Assembly: GCA_017523305.1 (NCBI GenBank)
Contig: JAFWWV010000077.1
Span: 1 to 63,008, forward strand
Reading direction: 5' to 3'
From: Clostridia bacterium
Lineage (GTDB): Bacteria; Bacillota; Clostridia; Christensenellales; UBA1242
DNA length: 63,008 bases
Part shown: positions 27,101 through 37,700 of the stretch, piece by piece
Numbering within the stretch: the first letter of the stretch is position 1
How the letters are laid out: every line of letters begins with the position of its first letter
The notes under the pieces: model-generated
The model's input: the letters and a program-made list of their open reading frames with translations, nothing else
Database searches by the model: none
Told to the model about the DNA's origin: nothing
Program-made: the position numbers and the translations under genes

Positions 27101-30100
27101 TATTCCATTAACTTTTAATTATGAAGGTGCTACAGCTAATATTGGTGCAACAAAAATATCAGTTGTGTATGGCAGACCATTTGAATGTCCGGTTCCAACA
27201 AAACTTGGTTACATCTTTGATGGTTGGTTTGGAATGAATGGCACTGAAGAAGTTCAGTATGCAGGCCCTGATGGTTTATCTATTGAAAATTGGAGTGAAA
27301 CCACATCAAAAACTGTATATGCTAAATGGACACCTAATAATAACACATTGATTTACAATGGAAATGGTGCAACTTCTGGTGATATGGAAAACCATATTAT
27401 TGCAACAGATTCAAGTGATAACTTAAAAACAAATGAATTTGTTAAAGCAGGATATACTTTCATAGGTTGGTCTACAACATCTAATGGTGAGGTAGAATAC
27501 GAAGATGGTGCAATTTATGAGATGGGGACTAATTCTTCTTATAATTTGTATGCTATTTGGACACCAAACACAAATGAAATTGTTTATAACGGAAATGGCG
27601 CTACTTCTGGCTCTATACCAAATCAACAAATTAAATCAGACGCAACTGCAAATCTTTATTCAAATATGTTCTTAAGAAATGGATATTCTTTTGCAGGTTG
27701 GTCTACATCTCAAAATGGTGAAGTGGTTTATGAAGATGGTGCAACCTATACAATGGGGACTAACTCATCTTATACACTTTATGCTGTTTGGGATATAGAA
27801 ACTTATGTTTGTTCAGTTAAATTAAACGGTGGTTCAATTGGACATGTTACAAGTATTCCATTCAATATCACATCTGAAGATTATGTGATTGGTACACCTA
27901 CAAAAGCAGGATACACTTTCACAGGCTGGAGCAGTAAATTGTTTAGTGGAAAGGTTATGACCTACACAATTGAACAAGGTACTTATACAAGCTTTACTTT
28001 GGAAGCAAATTGGGAAGCAAACACTAATAACATAATATTTAATGGAAATGGTGCAACTTCTGGTTCTATGGAAAACCAAGAAATAAAGACAAATCATTCT
28101 GCTTCATTAAGTATAAATCAGTATCAAAGAACAGGTTATAGATTTTTAGGTTGGTCTACAACATCTAATGGTGAGGTAGAATACGAAGATGGTGCAACTT
28201 ATACAATGGGTACTAATTCTTCTTATACACTTTATGCTGTTTGGGATAACTCAAGCACTGTGTTATTTAATGGAAATGGACATACTTCTGGTTCTATGGA
28301 AAGTATTCAAACAACAACTCTTTCTACTATAGAAGTTCCAAATAACTCATTTGTTAAAACTGGATACACATTCTTGGGTTGGTCTACAACTCAAAATGGT
28401 TCATCAGATGACATAATTGATTATTTGCCGGGTGAAAACTTTACAATTGGTACTGAAATTTCAAACACCTTATATGCTGTTTGGGAAGAAGGTAACATCT
28501 ATGTTATCTATGACACTGAAACATTGAAAGGGGTAGTTGAAGAAGTAATTGATTTTGCCAACTATGACAAATATTTAATGATTAGAGATATTGACCTTAA
28601 TAATGAAGAATGGACACCTATTGGTGAAATTTCAGCATTTTCAGGTACATTTGATGGAAATGGACATGTAATTAAAAACTTAAAGATTACTGAATTTTCA
28701 ACTGAAATCGGATTATTTGCTGTAAATTACGGAACAATCTGCAATTTAGGATTAGAAAATGTTAATATTGATATGCTTTGTACCTTAAGACAAGATAATG
28801 TTTATGTAGGAACAATTGCAGGAAGAAATGAAGGAACTATTTATAATTGTTTTGTAGATGGTGGAACTTTAAAAACAGACGCTAACTATATTGGTGGATT
28901 TGTAGGATATATGGGAAGAAGTTCTGCTTATGACCAAAGTATTACCGATTGTTATGCTTCACTTGATATTACCATAATTGCTAGGGGTAGTGGAACAACA
29001 TCATTTGAATATAGAAGATGTGGTGGATTTGTTTGTGATGGACAAGGTTCAATTTCTAATTGTTTTGCAAATTGTAACATCTATATTGATTTGCAATCAG
29101 AAGATTATCAAACATTCTCTTGTGGAAAGTTTATAGGAATTAACTTACCTTTAACAACACATACAAATAATTTCTATGCTGCTGAAACTGTTATACCTAC
29201 AAATGCAGATGGAATTTATGATAATGTTGTAAGTCCTAATTACGGAACAGAGACAAATCAATCTAATTTCTATAATAAAACTTGGGTTGAAGCTAATTTG
29301 TTTACAGCAAATGAATGGACTTATTCAGAAACAAAATTACCAAGAGTAAAACCAACCACTAAATCTATGGTTATTTACAATGGAAATGGTGCAACTACTG
29401 GTGATATGTTAACTGAATTTATAACTGCAAATACACATAATTTGACAACTAATTCTTTTGTAAGAGATGGTTACACATTTAAAGGTTGGTCTACAACTCA
29501 AAATGGAAGTGTGAATTACAATAATAATGGCTCATTAACAACTGTAGAAGGTCAAACAAAATATGTTTTATATGCTGTTTGGGAAGCAAACACAAATAAT
29601 ATCATATTTAATGGAAATGGACACACTTCTGGTTCTATGTCAAATCAACAAATTAAAACTGATAAATATGCTTCATTAAGTATAAATCAGTTCAAAAAGA
29701 CAGGCTACACCTTTAAGGGTTGGTCTACAACTCAAAATGGTGAAGTGGAATTTGTTGATGGTGCAACCTATACAATGGGTACCAACTCATCTTACACACT
29801 TTACGCTGTTTGGGAAGGTAATACTAATACAATTATTTTTGAAGGTAATGGCTCATCAAATGGTTTAATGGAAAACCAAACTGCTAAATCAGGACAAACA
29901 ATAACACTTGCGCTTAATCAATATGAAAAGCAATATAGTCGTTTCTTGGGTTGGGCAACAAGTGCTGATGGTGAAGTGGTTTATGAAGATGGTGCAACCT
30001 ACACAATGGGTACTAACTCATCTTATACACTTTATGCTAAATGGGGTAAACAATTAAAACAAATTACATCACTTGAAACTATTAGATATGATGTTCAATC

Positions 30101-30962
30101 TGGAATGGATTATTACACTGAATATGTATTGATGTGTGATATAGACCTTAATAATGAAGAATGGACACCTATTGGTAAAAATACAGTTCAATATAATGAC
30201 CCTAAAACATTTGATGGAATTTTTGATGGAAATGGACATACAATTTCTAATTTAAAAATAACATCTTATGAAACTCAATATGTTGGGCTTTTTGGATTTA
30301 GTGAAGGCATTATAAAAAATGTTAAAATTGAAAATTTAAACATTAATTTGACTGTAGGTGTTACTGTTTGGTGTGGTGGTATTGTCGGCCAAACTTGGGG
30401 TGATGTTGAAAATTGTAGTGTATCTGGAACAATAACATTAAGACAAGGATATGCACAAAGTGGAAGCAGTATTGTTGGAGGTATTGTTGGAGTAAGTAAT
30501 GGAAATAATGGAAAAATTATAAATTGCTACTCAAATGTTCAAATAGATGTTGTTGCAAGTCAAAACGCTTCGGCAGGCGGAATTGCAGGAAGTAATACTG
30601 CATTAATTAAAAATTGTTATTCAGCAGGAAATATTGTTGCTGTAGGTAATGGTACTTATTCAAGTACTAATGTTACTGTTAGAGCTGGTGGTATTTCTGG
30701 AGTAAATTCAGGAGAAATTAATAGTTGTTTTGCAATTGGTAACATGTCAACTTTATCTGCACATAGTTACTATGGTTATGCAGGTGGTATAGTTGCAAAT
30801 GATAATGGTGGAACATATACAAATAATTATCGTTCAAACCAACAAACAGTAAATCCTACTTCGCCGGGAACAGGTGAAATGATAACAATAAATCAAACTG
30901 GTACAGTTATTTCACTTTCAACAATTAAAACATCTAACTTTATTTTCAATACTTTAAACTAG
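24195..30962 (+). CDS. Giant type-II membrane protein: cytoplasmic Zn-ribbon + TPR-like + TIR + helical stalk, one TM, ectodomain of BspA-type LRR, Flg_new (Listeria-Bacteroides) repeats and GLUG blocks
   Basis: Zn ribbon 'CNICGG...CSCC' (aa 6-25). TIR aa ~151-290 (nt 24645-25064): 'VDIFICYKDSDEE', 'GYSVFFSRESL', 'VMIVYSS..Y..STWVKNEW'. TM aa 734-757 (nt 26394-26465), preceded by 'KAKKKHQRK'. LRR_5-like 26500-27000. 'GYTF.GWST...G.V.Y.DGA.Y.MGTNSSY.LYA.W' repeats at 27100-28490 and 29360-30050. 'GG(I/F)(V/A)G' GLUG blocks at 28490-29350 and 30050-30960. Ends at an in-frame TAG (see findings). Confidence 0.85.
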   Translation: MDKNICNICGGSYVYKNGKWICSCCDNVRQDEITNEELVLLANAATKLRMADFDSAEELYMDFVKKYPKNSEGYWGLLLSKYGIKYEDDFDGKKIPTVYATSIESVLNDENYKKAIALADKETEKYYKQQANKFESIRQEWVEKASKEQPVDIFICYKDSDEEKDIARTDDSYEAQNLYTYLMSKGYSVFFSRESLRDKVAEKYEPYIFNALNTAHVMIVYSSSKEYLESTWVKNEWTRFLKKIKNKQKQENSLILAFDKMKPSDFPKVFSNVQCMNASQKTFYSDLEKHIQKVIKKATAPITRLERVEVKENVRHKRAKKLDTDIAKREIGSYNVEQLTGDEETQLKTAYKFLNRGLFADADEIITKILDKNSRNGQAILCKLLVNLEAKNIEELENHIDENVDFDELENSIGYSNKDVALQILSALKNACINEFNADNNEFALQLADFICRYNVEDVNFNNRINEVITHLVIKDEIECADKLVRTLLRTLTDNTDSYLEEVEKTIDTFKKQGHFDIASKYVDEYLEIYPTSHKMLWKKISIDLKCKNEVELTSNIFKLEDISVFEKILECTKAGQERDGYIEKLLNIIQKCVEEVTSSEDFSKCCDVFDKIIKYTTQDEKYVKLIFRYAENCQEKGQFTHAEKYYAIVIGEDEQNHNAYWKLLQSKLKVKNNKELIEQPVIITTLSEFHSAIVATGDDEKSADRYIDLKAKQLEYIEKQKILKAKKKHQRKVMSIFAACLAVIFAIGVGLYGWNLYYKSQNQLLYTLEDGTYSVRAGKYYDEKYITIPATYNGKPVTEIDENAFQNKNVQIVSIPNTIEKISNNAFNGCDDLTKVEYYSANNNSRALATNSSMETIGDYAFYNCTKLEDIQLSNSLTYLGKYAFANCLSLNEITIPNTLENILEGTFKNAFNSNVESISIPKEVEFIGKDAFDCNIENVLVDERNSIPTNWDTDWCGNSSEIEVLWSIPLTFNYEGATANIGATKISVVYGRPFECPVPTKLGYIFDGWFGMNGTEEVQYAGPDGLSIENWSETTSKTVYAKWTPNNNTLIYNGNGATSGDMENHIIATDSSDNLKTNEFVKAGYTFIGWSTTSNGEVEYEDGAIYEMGTNSSYNLYAIWTPNTNEIVYNGNGATSGSIPNQQIKSDATANLYSNMFLRNGYSFAGWSTSQNGEVVYEDGATYTMGTNSSYTLYAVWDIETYVCSVKLNGGSIGHVTSIPFNITSEDYVIGTPTKAGYTFTGWSSKLFSGKVMTYTIEQGTYTSFTLEANWEANTNNIIFNGNGATSGSMENQEIKTNHSASLSINQYQRTGYRFLGWSTTSNGEVEYEDGATYTMGTNSSYTLYAVWDNSSTVLFNGNGHTSGSMESIQTTTLSTIEVPNNSFVKTGYTFLGWSTTQNGSSDDIIDYLPGENFTIGTEISNTLYAVWEEGNIYVIYDTETLKGVVEEVIDFANYDKYLMIRDIDLNNEEWTPIGEISAFSGTFDGNGHVIKNLKITEFSTEIGLFAVNYGTICNLGLENVNIDMLCTLRQDNVYVGTIAGRNEGTIYNCFVDGGTLKTDANYIGGFVGYMGRSSAYDQSITDCYASLDITIIARGSGTTSFEYRRCGGFVCDGQGSISNCFANCNIYIDLQSEDYQTFSCGKFIGINLPLTTHTNNFYAAETVIPTNADGIYDNVVSPNYGTETNQSNFYNKTWVEANLFTANEWTYSETKLPRVKPTTKSMVIYNGNGATTGDMLTEFITANTHNLTTNSFVRDGYTFKGWSTTQNGSVNYNNNGSLTTVEGQTKYVLYAVWEANTNNIIFNGNGHTSGSMSNQQIKTDKYASLSINQFKKTGYTFKGWSTTQNGEVEFVDGATYTMGTNSSYTLYAVWEGNTNTIIFEGNGSSNGLMENQTAKSGQTITLALNQYEKQYSRFLGWATSADGEVVYEDGATYTMGTNSSYTLYAKWGKQLKQITSLETIRYDVQSGMDYYTEYVLMCDIDLNNEEWTPIGKNTVQYNDPKTFDGIFDGNGHTISNLKITSYETQYVGLFGFSEGIIKNVKIENLNINLTVGVTVWCGGIVGQTWGDVENCSVSGTITLRQGYAQSGSSIVGGIVGVSNGNNGKIINCYSNVQIDVVASQNASAGGIAGSNTALIKNCYSAGNIVAVGNGTYSSTNVTVRAGGISGVNSGEINSCFAIGNMSTLSAHSYYGYAGGIVANDNGGTYTNNYRSNQQTVNPTSPGTGEMITINQTGTVISLSTIKTSNFIFNTLN
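27330..28488 (+). repeat. Tandem coding repeats (about 231 nt / 77 codons, Flg_new-type), approximate limits
   Basis: The first two units start at 27330 and 27561 (231-nt period). Long shared strings such as GGTTGGTCTACAACATCTAATGGTGAGGTAGAATACGAAGATGGTGCA recur at ~27470 and ~28150. A second block lies at ~29359-30048. Confidence 0.65.
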
Positions 30963-31023
30963 TCATCAGATGTTTGGGAAATTACAAATGGCAATTTACC
31001 TACATTAAAAGTGGAAGTGTAAT

Positions 31024-31683
31024 ATGGTAACACAACAAGAATTGCAAAATCTAATACAACGTTTTATAAGAAATATTGAGGATTTGCAATCAATAGTAAA
31101 AAAAGACTATTTAACGGTCAATTCAGACCTTGAAGAACAAGCAAATAATGCTAGTGAACAAGAGTATAATCGACTAATTGAGATTTATACTAGTGAGAAT
31201 GATGATATATCGGCTTTATTAGATAAATCTCAAGAGGTTGGTTTGGAAAAATACTTATTACTTAAAGTAATGAGATATAGGAATCTTGCAAATTGGATAT
31301 GTAATGTAATTGAAATTTGGGAACAACAAATGTATTTGTTATATTCCGAAATAAAGCAAGATGGTAGAAAATTTAATAATTTTAATCAATTAGTTAAAGA
31401 AATTGAAAATTTGGGATTGCAAATTAGTGGTATGATAGAGTATCATAATTTGGAAAATAAAAGACTATTGGTTAATGTTATAAAACATTCAGAAGGTACT
31501 TCTGAAGAAAAATTAAGAAATGAGTGTCCTAAATATTTTGATAATTCGACAGAATTATTTGGGGATATGGATAATCTTAAAACATACAAAACTTCTTTAG
31601 GTGAAGTTGCATTAAACATTACTGAAGAAGATTTTGATGAAACTTGCTTTCAAATAATAGATTTTTGGAAAGCAATATTGTAA
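31024..31683 (+). CDS. Hypothetical cytoplasmic protein (219 aa) between the two TIR giants
   Basis: Clean ORF in operon context. No TM and no motif I recognise. Confidence 0.55.
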   Translation: MVTQQELQNLIQRFIRNIEDLQSIVKKDYLTVNSDLEEQANNASEQEYNRLIEIYTSENDDISALLDKSQEVGLEKYLLLKVMRYRNLANWICNVIEIWEQQMYLLYSEIKQDGRKFNNFNQLVKEIENLGLQISGMIEYHNLENKRLLVNVIKHSEGTSEEKLRNECPKYFDNSTELFGDMDNLKTYKTSLGEVALNITEEDFDETCFQIIDFWKAIL

Positions 31684-31700
31684 TACAAAGGAGAGCTTTA

Positions 31701-34700
31701 ATGGATAATATTTGTAATATCTGTGGTGGCAGTTATGTTTACAAGAATGGCAAGTGGATTTGCTCTTGTTGTGATAACATAAAAAATGAAAAAATTACAA
31801 ATGAAGAAGTTATATTATTGACAAATGCTTCAGCCAAATTAAGAATGGCTGCTTTTGACGATGCCGAAGAATTATATAGGGATTTCGTTAAGAAGTATCC
31901 TAAAAACCCAGAAGGTTACTGGGGACTTCTTTTATCTAAATATGGTATTAAATATGAGGAAGATTACGATGGTAAAAAGGTTCCTACTATTTATGCTACT
32001 AGCATTGAAAGTGTTTTAGAAGATAAAAACTATCAACTTGCTGTAGAATATGCTGATAAAGACCAAAAAAGATATTACAAACAACAAGCTCAACAATTTG
32101 AAAATATAAGACAAGAATGGATTGAGAAGGCGTCTAAAGAGCCACCTGTAGACGTGTTCATCTGTTTTAAAGATAGTGATGAAGAACATAACATTACTAG
32201 AACAGATGATAGTTATGAAGCACAAAACCTTTATACTTATTTGATTTCAAAAGGATACTCTGTATTCTTTAGTAGAGAAAGTTTGCGTGATAAAGTTGCT
32301 GAAAAATATGAACCATATATTTTCAATGCTTTAAATACCGCTAAAGTTATGGTTGTTTATTCTTCTTCAAGAGAATATATGGAATCTACTTGGGTTAAGA
32401 ATGAATGGACTAGATTTTTAAAGAAAATTAAAAATGGTGAAAAACAAAAGAACTCTTTGGTAGTGTCTTTTGAGAAAATGACAGCAAGTGATTTGCCAAA
32501 AGCATTTGCTTCTTGTCAATGTATGGACGCAAGCAAAAAAACTTTCTATGAAGATTTAGATAATCATATTAGAAAGGTAATAAACGAGAGTTCAGTTCCT
32601 ACTACAAAGATTGATAGGGTAGAATTAGGTTCTGCAAAAAAGCAAAAAACAGCGGCTAAAGCGATAGAGAACTTAAAAACAAGGGATTTATCAAAATATA
32701 AAGTTCAACAACTTACAGCTGATGAAAAAACAGAACTAAAAACTGCAAAAATATGCTTAAGTAAAGAATTGTTTGATGACGCTTTGCAATCTGCAAATAG
32801 ACTGTTAGAAATTAATCCAAATAACGGACAAGCTCTATATATCAAACTTTGCGCTGAAGAAAATATTTCTTCTGAAGAAGATTTAGTTGCTAAAGCAGGG
32901 ACAATAAAAAAGATTAATAGATTTGAAACAATAATTGAAAACTCATCTAAAGAGGATTCTATAAATCTTTTAAACATGCTTGTTTCGGGTTGTTCATTAT
33001 TAATTAAGAAAAATAACATTGAAAAAGCATTAGAATATTATAATCTTATAAGTCAATATGATTTTGACTATAAAAACATAGTTGAGGACTTTAAAAACAA
33101 GGCTTATAGACTTGTTGATAGTAAAAACTATAATTTGGTCGAGAGAATAGTTTCAAGCCTTTTAAAGACCATTACGGACACGAATGAGTATCTTGATGTT
33201 CTTAAAAACTTAATCATTGGGTTTAGAAAGAGTGGAGAAAGGGAATTAACTCTTAACTATTGCAAAAAATACATAGAAGTATTTGATTGTGATTACGAAA
33301 TTCTTTGGATTAAATTATGTGCGGAAATTGGTTGTTTAGATGATAGTGTATTACATAACTATATTGCAAACTTAAAAGATTTTGATAGTTTCAAAACAAT
33401 TCTTGAATATTCGCCAACAGAAGAAAAGCGAAATTTGTATATAACAACAACTTTGAATGCTGTTGTTAAGAAAATACAATCTAAAGAAATAGAAAATATT
33501 GAGTTACTTGCAAAAGTTTTTGATGAAGTTATTAAGTATACAAACAAGAAAAACAAAGAAAAAACACTTCAAATTGTTTTAAAAATGGCAAGTGCTTGTC
33601 AACTTAACTATAAATTTGATTTATCTGAAAAGTATTTTGCAATAGCGTTAAGTGAAAATAAGAGTTGCCACGAAGCATATTGGGGATTGCTTCAATCAAA
33701 ATTAAAAGCAAGAAATAATAATGAATTGATTGAACAACCTACAATTATTTCAACAATGCCTGACTTTCATAGTGCAATTGCTGCGGCAGGTGATGATGAG
33801 AGAATTTCAGAAAAATATATCGATATTAAGGCAAAACAATTAAAATATATCGAACATAAAGCTGAAGTTGATAAGGCAAAGAAGAAAAAGAAAAGAAAAA
33901 TTAAAATTATTTCAATAATTGTTGCAATTGCTCTTGCTATTGGCGCAGCTCTTGGTGGGTACGGTGTTTACTATTCATCAGAAAATAAATTACTATATAC
34001 CTTATCTGAAGATGGAAAGGGTTATATTGTTTCTGCAGGAAAGTTTTATGATGAAAATGTTATAACAATTCCTGAAACTTATAACGGTAAAGAAGTCATT
34101 GGTATTGCTGAAAATGCCTTTAAAAACAAAAACTTAACAAGTTTAAATATTCCTAGTACTGTACAAGAAATTGATGACAATGCTTTCTATGGTTGTGATA
34201 ATCTAGCAAATATCAAATTTGATGGAACTTTATATCAAGGAATTTATTCATCAGACCTTACAACAATCGGAAACTATGCATTCTATGGTTGTTCTGAATT
34301 AAAGACCGTTCAATTACCAGAATCAGTAGAAAGTGTTGGAAAATATGCTTTTGCTAATTGTAATAAATTAAATTCAATCAACTTAACAAGTAATATTTCA
34401 GAATTACCTGAAGGTTTATTTGAAAATTCTTTCTCTTATACAATTTCATCAATATCTATACCTGAAAATATTGATTATATTGGAAAAAATGTATTTAATA
34501 ATTGTACAAAGTTAAGTAAAATATTTATAGATGAACGTGAAGAAATACCACATAATTGGGATAATAATTGGTGTGGAAACAATACAAACAATTATGAGAT
34601 TATTTGGACTTTGAAAGTAGATTTAAACTATAATGGTGGAACATCTACATCAAATAAAACAAGTATATCTGTTGTTTTAGGTGAAAATTTTGAATGTCCT

Positions 34701-37700
34701 GTTCCTACAAAGTTAGGATATATCTTTGAAGGTTGGGGATATACTAAAAATGAGCAATTTACTTTGTTGACCGATGAAGAAGGTTTATCAAGAAATGCTT
34801 GGAATATTGAAGAAGACATAACTTTAACTGCTAAATGGACTGCAAGAGATTATGAAATTACTTATCACTTAAATGGTGGGGAAAATCATACTCAAAATCC
34901 AAGTTCATTTACAATTGAAACTGATACATTTGAATTGTTTAATCCAACAAGAAGTTATTATGAATTTGAAGGTTGGTATACAAACGAATTATTAACTAAT
35001 CCAATTACATCTATAACAAAAGGAACAACTGGACATATAGATGTTTATGCTAAATGGACACCTATCGAATATGATATTACATACGTAATGAATGGTGGTA
35101 CTAATAATAATTTGAACCCTAACACCTACAATGTAGAAACATATTTTGATTTTGAAAATCCATTTAAAAAAGGTTTTGAATTTAAGGGTTGGTTCACAGA
35201 CAGCGAATTTAATAACGAAATTTCAAGATTAAATAGACAATATCTTGGTGATATAGCACTTTATGCTAAATGGGAAATTATTACTTATCCAATTAATTAT
35301 GAATTAAATGGTGGTACTAATAATGTTGGAAACAAATCAAATTATACAGTTGAAACAGACACATTTAGTTTATTAAATCCAACTCGTGAACATTATACTT
35401 TTGGCGGTTGGTTTAATGATAATTCATACACAAGTGAATTAAATTCTATCGAAAAGGGTACAATAGGACAAAAAACACTTTATGCTAAATGGACACCAAT
35501 TGAATATAATATTACTTACATCTTAAATGGTGGTACAAACAATAATCAAAATCCAAATACTTACAATGTAGAAGATGAGATAATATTTGCAGAACCTACA
35601 AGAAATGGTTATAGCTTTAAAGGTTGGTTCACAGATAGCGAATTTAATAATGAAATTACAAACATAAATAGAGAATTTTTAGACGAAATTACTCTTTATG
35701 CTGAATGGGAAATTATTACTTATCCAATTAATTATGAATTAAATGGTGGTACTAATAATCCTGAAAATAAATCTAATTATACAATTGAAACTGATACATT
35801 TGAATTAAAAAATCCTACTAGAGAACATTATTCATTTAACGGTTGGTATGATTTTGTATTTGATACAAGAGTTACTGAAGTAACAAAGGGAACTTTTGGT
35901 GAAAAGACATTCTGCGCAAGATGGACACCTATCGAATATGATATTAATTATGTCTTGAATGGTGGAACTAATAATGCACAAAATCCTACAACATATAATG
36001 TAGAAGATAGTTTTGTATTTAAGACACCAACAAAAACAGCATATACCTTTATGGGTTGGTTTAGTAATGAGGAATTAACTCAAGAATTTTCTTCATTAAA
36101 TAGTCAATATTATGGTGAAATTACTCTTTATGCGAAGTGGACACCAACAACATATAATATTGGATATGCTATGAATGGTGGTACAAACAATCCTTTAAAT
36201 CCAACATCATATAATGTTGAAAGTGAAGATATAATTCTTCAGAATCCTACAAAATCAGGATATGATTTTAGATGTTGGTACTTGAATGGTGTTATTGTAG
36301 ATAGAATAACTACAGGAACTTATGGTAATTTGGTTCTTACACCTGTATTTGACGCTATTTTTGAAGTCTCAAGCGGAACAATAAACGGTCTAACAGAATA
36401 TGGAAAAAATACATATAATGAGATTGTGATACCTGAAGAAATACACGGAAACACAATAACAAAAATTTCTTCAGCTGCCTTTAAAGATGATACTTCACTT
36501 ACAAAAGTTGAAATTCCTGCAACTGTAACAAGTATAGGGAATGGTGCATTTAGTGGTTGTTCTTCCTTAACGGATATTGTAATTCCTTTTGTTGGTGGAA
36601 ATTCTACATCAAGCAATTCAACAAGTGCTGTTTTTGGATATATATTTGGAACACAATCATACGAAGGTTCAACAAAAACAACACAACAATATAGGTCTCA
36701 AGGCTCATACTCAACATATACAGAAACTTTTTATATTCCAACTTCACTAAAAAATGTAAAAGTTTTAAATGGTGATTTGAAATATGGAGCTTTCCATAAT
36801 TGTGTTGACTTGGAAAATATTGAAATTATGAATGCTACACTAATAGATAGTTATGGCGTTAATACTTGTACAAGTTTAAAGACAATAACACTTCCAAAGA
36901 GCTTAACATCAGTTACAGCCTATGCATTCCAATATTCTGATAGTCTTGAAAAGGTTTATTATAAAGGCGAGATAAATGATTGGGCGGTAATTTCATTTGG
37001 TAATAATACATCAAATCCAATGTACTATGCTCAACAATTTTATCTTGAAAGTGATAAAATTAATGAAGTAACAAAATTAAATTTAACTGCAGAAAATATT
37101 GGATACGCGGCTTTCTACGGATTTAATAATGTTGATGAAATTATTATCAATGAAAGTGTAAAAACAATAGGTAACAATGCTTTCTTTGGTTGTTCAAAAG
37201 TTACAACAATTGATGTTCCAACAACAGTAACCAAAATAGGTAGTTCTGCGTTTGGGAATTGGTATAGTTTGGAATCAATTAAACTTCCTTTTGTAGGAAC
37301 AGATAGAACATCAAACGAAAGTACTGCGAGTGTTTTTGGTTATGTCTTTGGTGGAAGTGGTGAGCAAATGACAAGTGTTACACAAAATTATTCGCCATAC
37401 TCAACACATACATATATGCTACCAACAGCATTGAAGACAGTTGAAATATATGATGGAAACTTAAAATATGCAGGATTTAGTGGTTGTACAACATTAGAGA
37501 CTATTGTTATAAGTTCACAAACAACTACATTAACAAGAAGTTTATTTTCTGGTTGTACTAATCTTAAAAATTTAACACTTCCAAAATCAATTAAAACAAC
37601 AGATACCAATGTTTTTAACAATAATAATGCTCTTGATAATGTTTATTACAATGGAACACTTGAAGATTGGAATAAAATTACATTTACTGCAGGTTCTTCA

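Noticed and set aside
30960-30962. TAG as a reassigned sense codon (alternative genetic code).
   Set aside because: TAG clearly terminates well-defined genes elsewhere in the window: lon at 1121-1123, the RuvB-like gene at 24174-24176, the 61342 ORF at 61657-61659 and the pilin-like gene at 51533-51535. A point nonsense mutation or base-call error is the simpler explanation.
25436-37621. Minus-strand ORFs of 60-104 aa nested in the two giant genes, e.g. 25436-25681, 27834-28097, 32705-33019, 36320-36616, 37388-37621.
   Set aside because: They are antisense to long, motif-rich + strand ORFs. They have no RBS, and their translations are low-complexity and Ser/Leu/Phe-rich, typical of shadow frames in AT-rich DNA.
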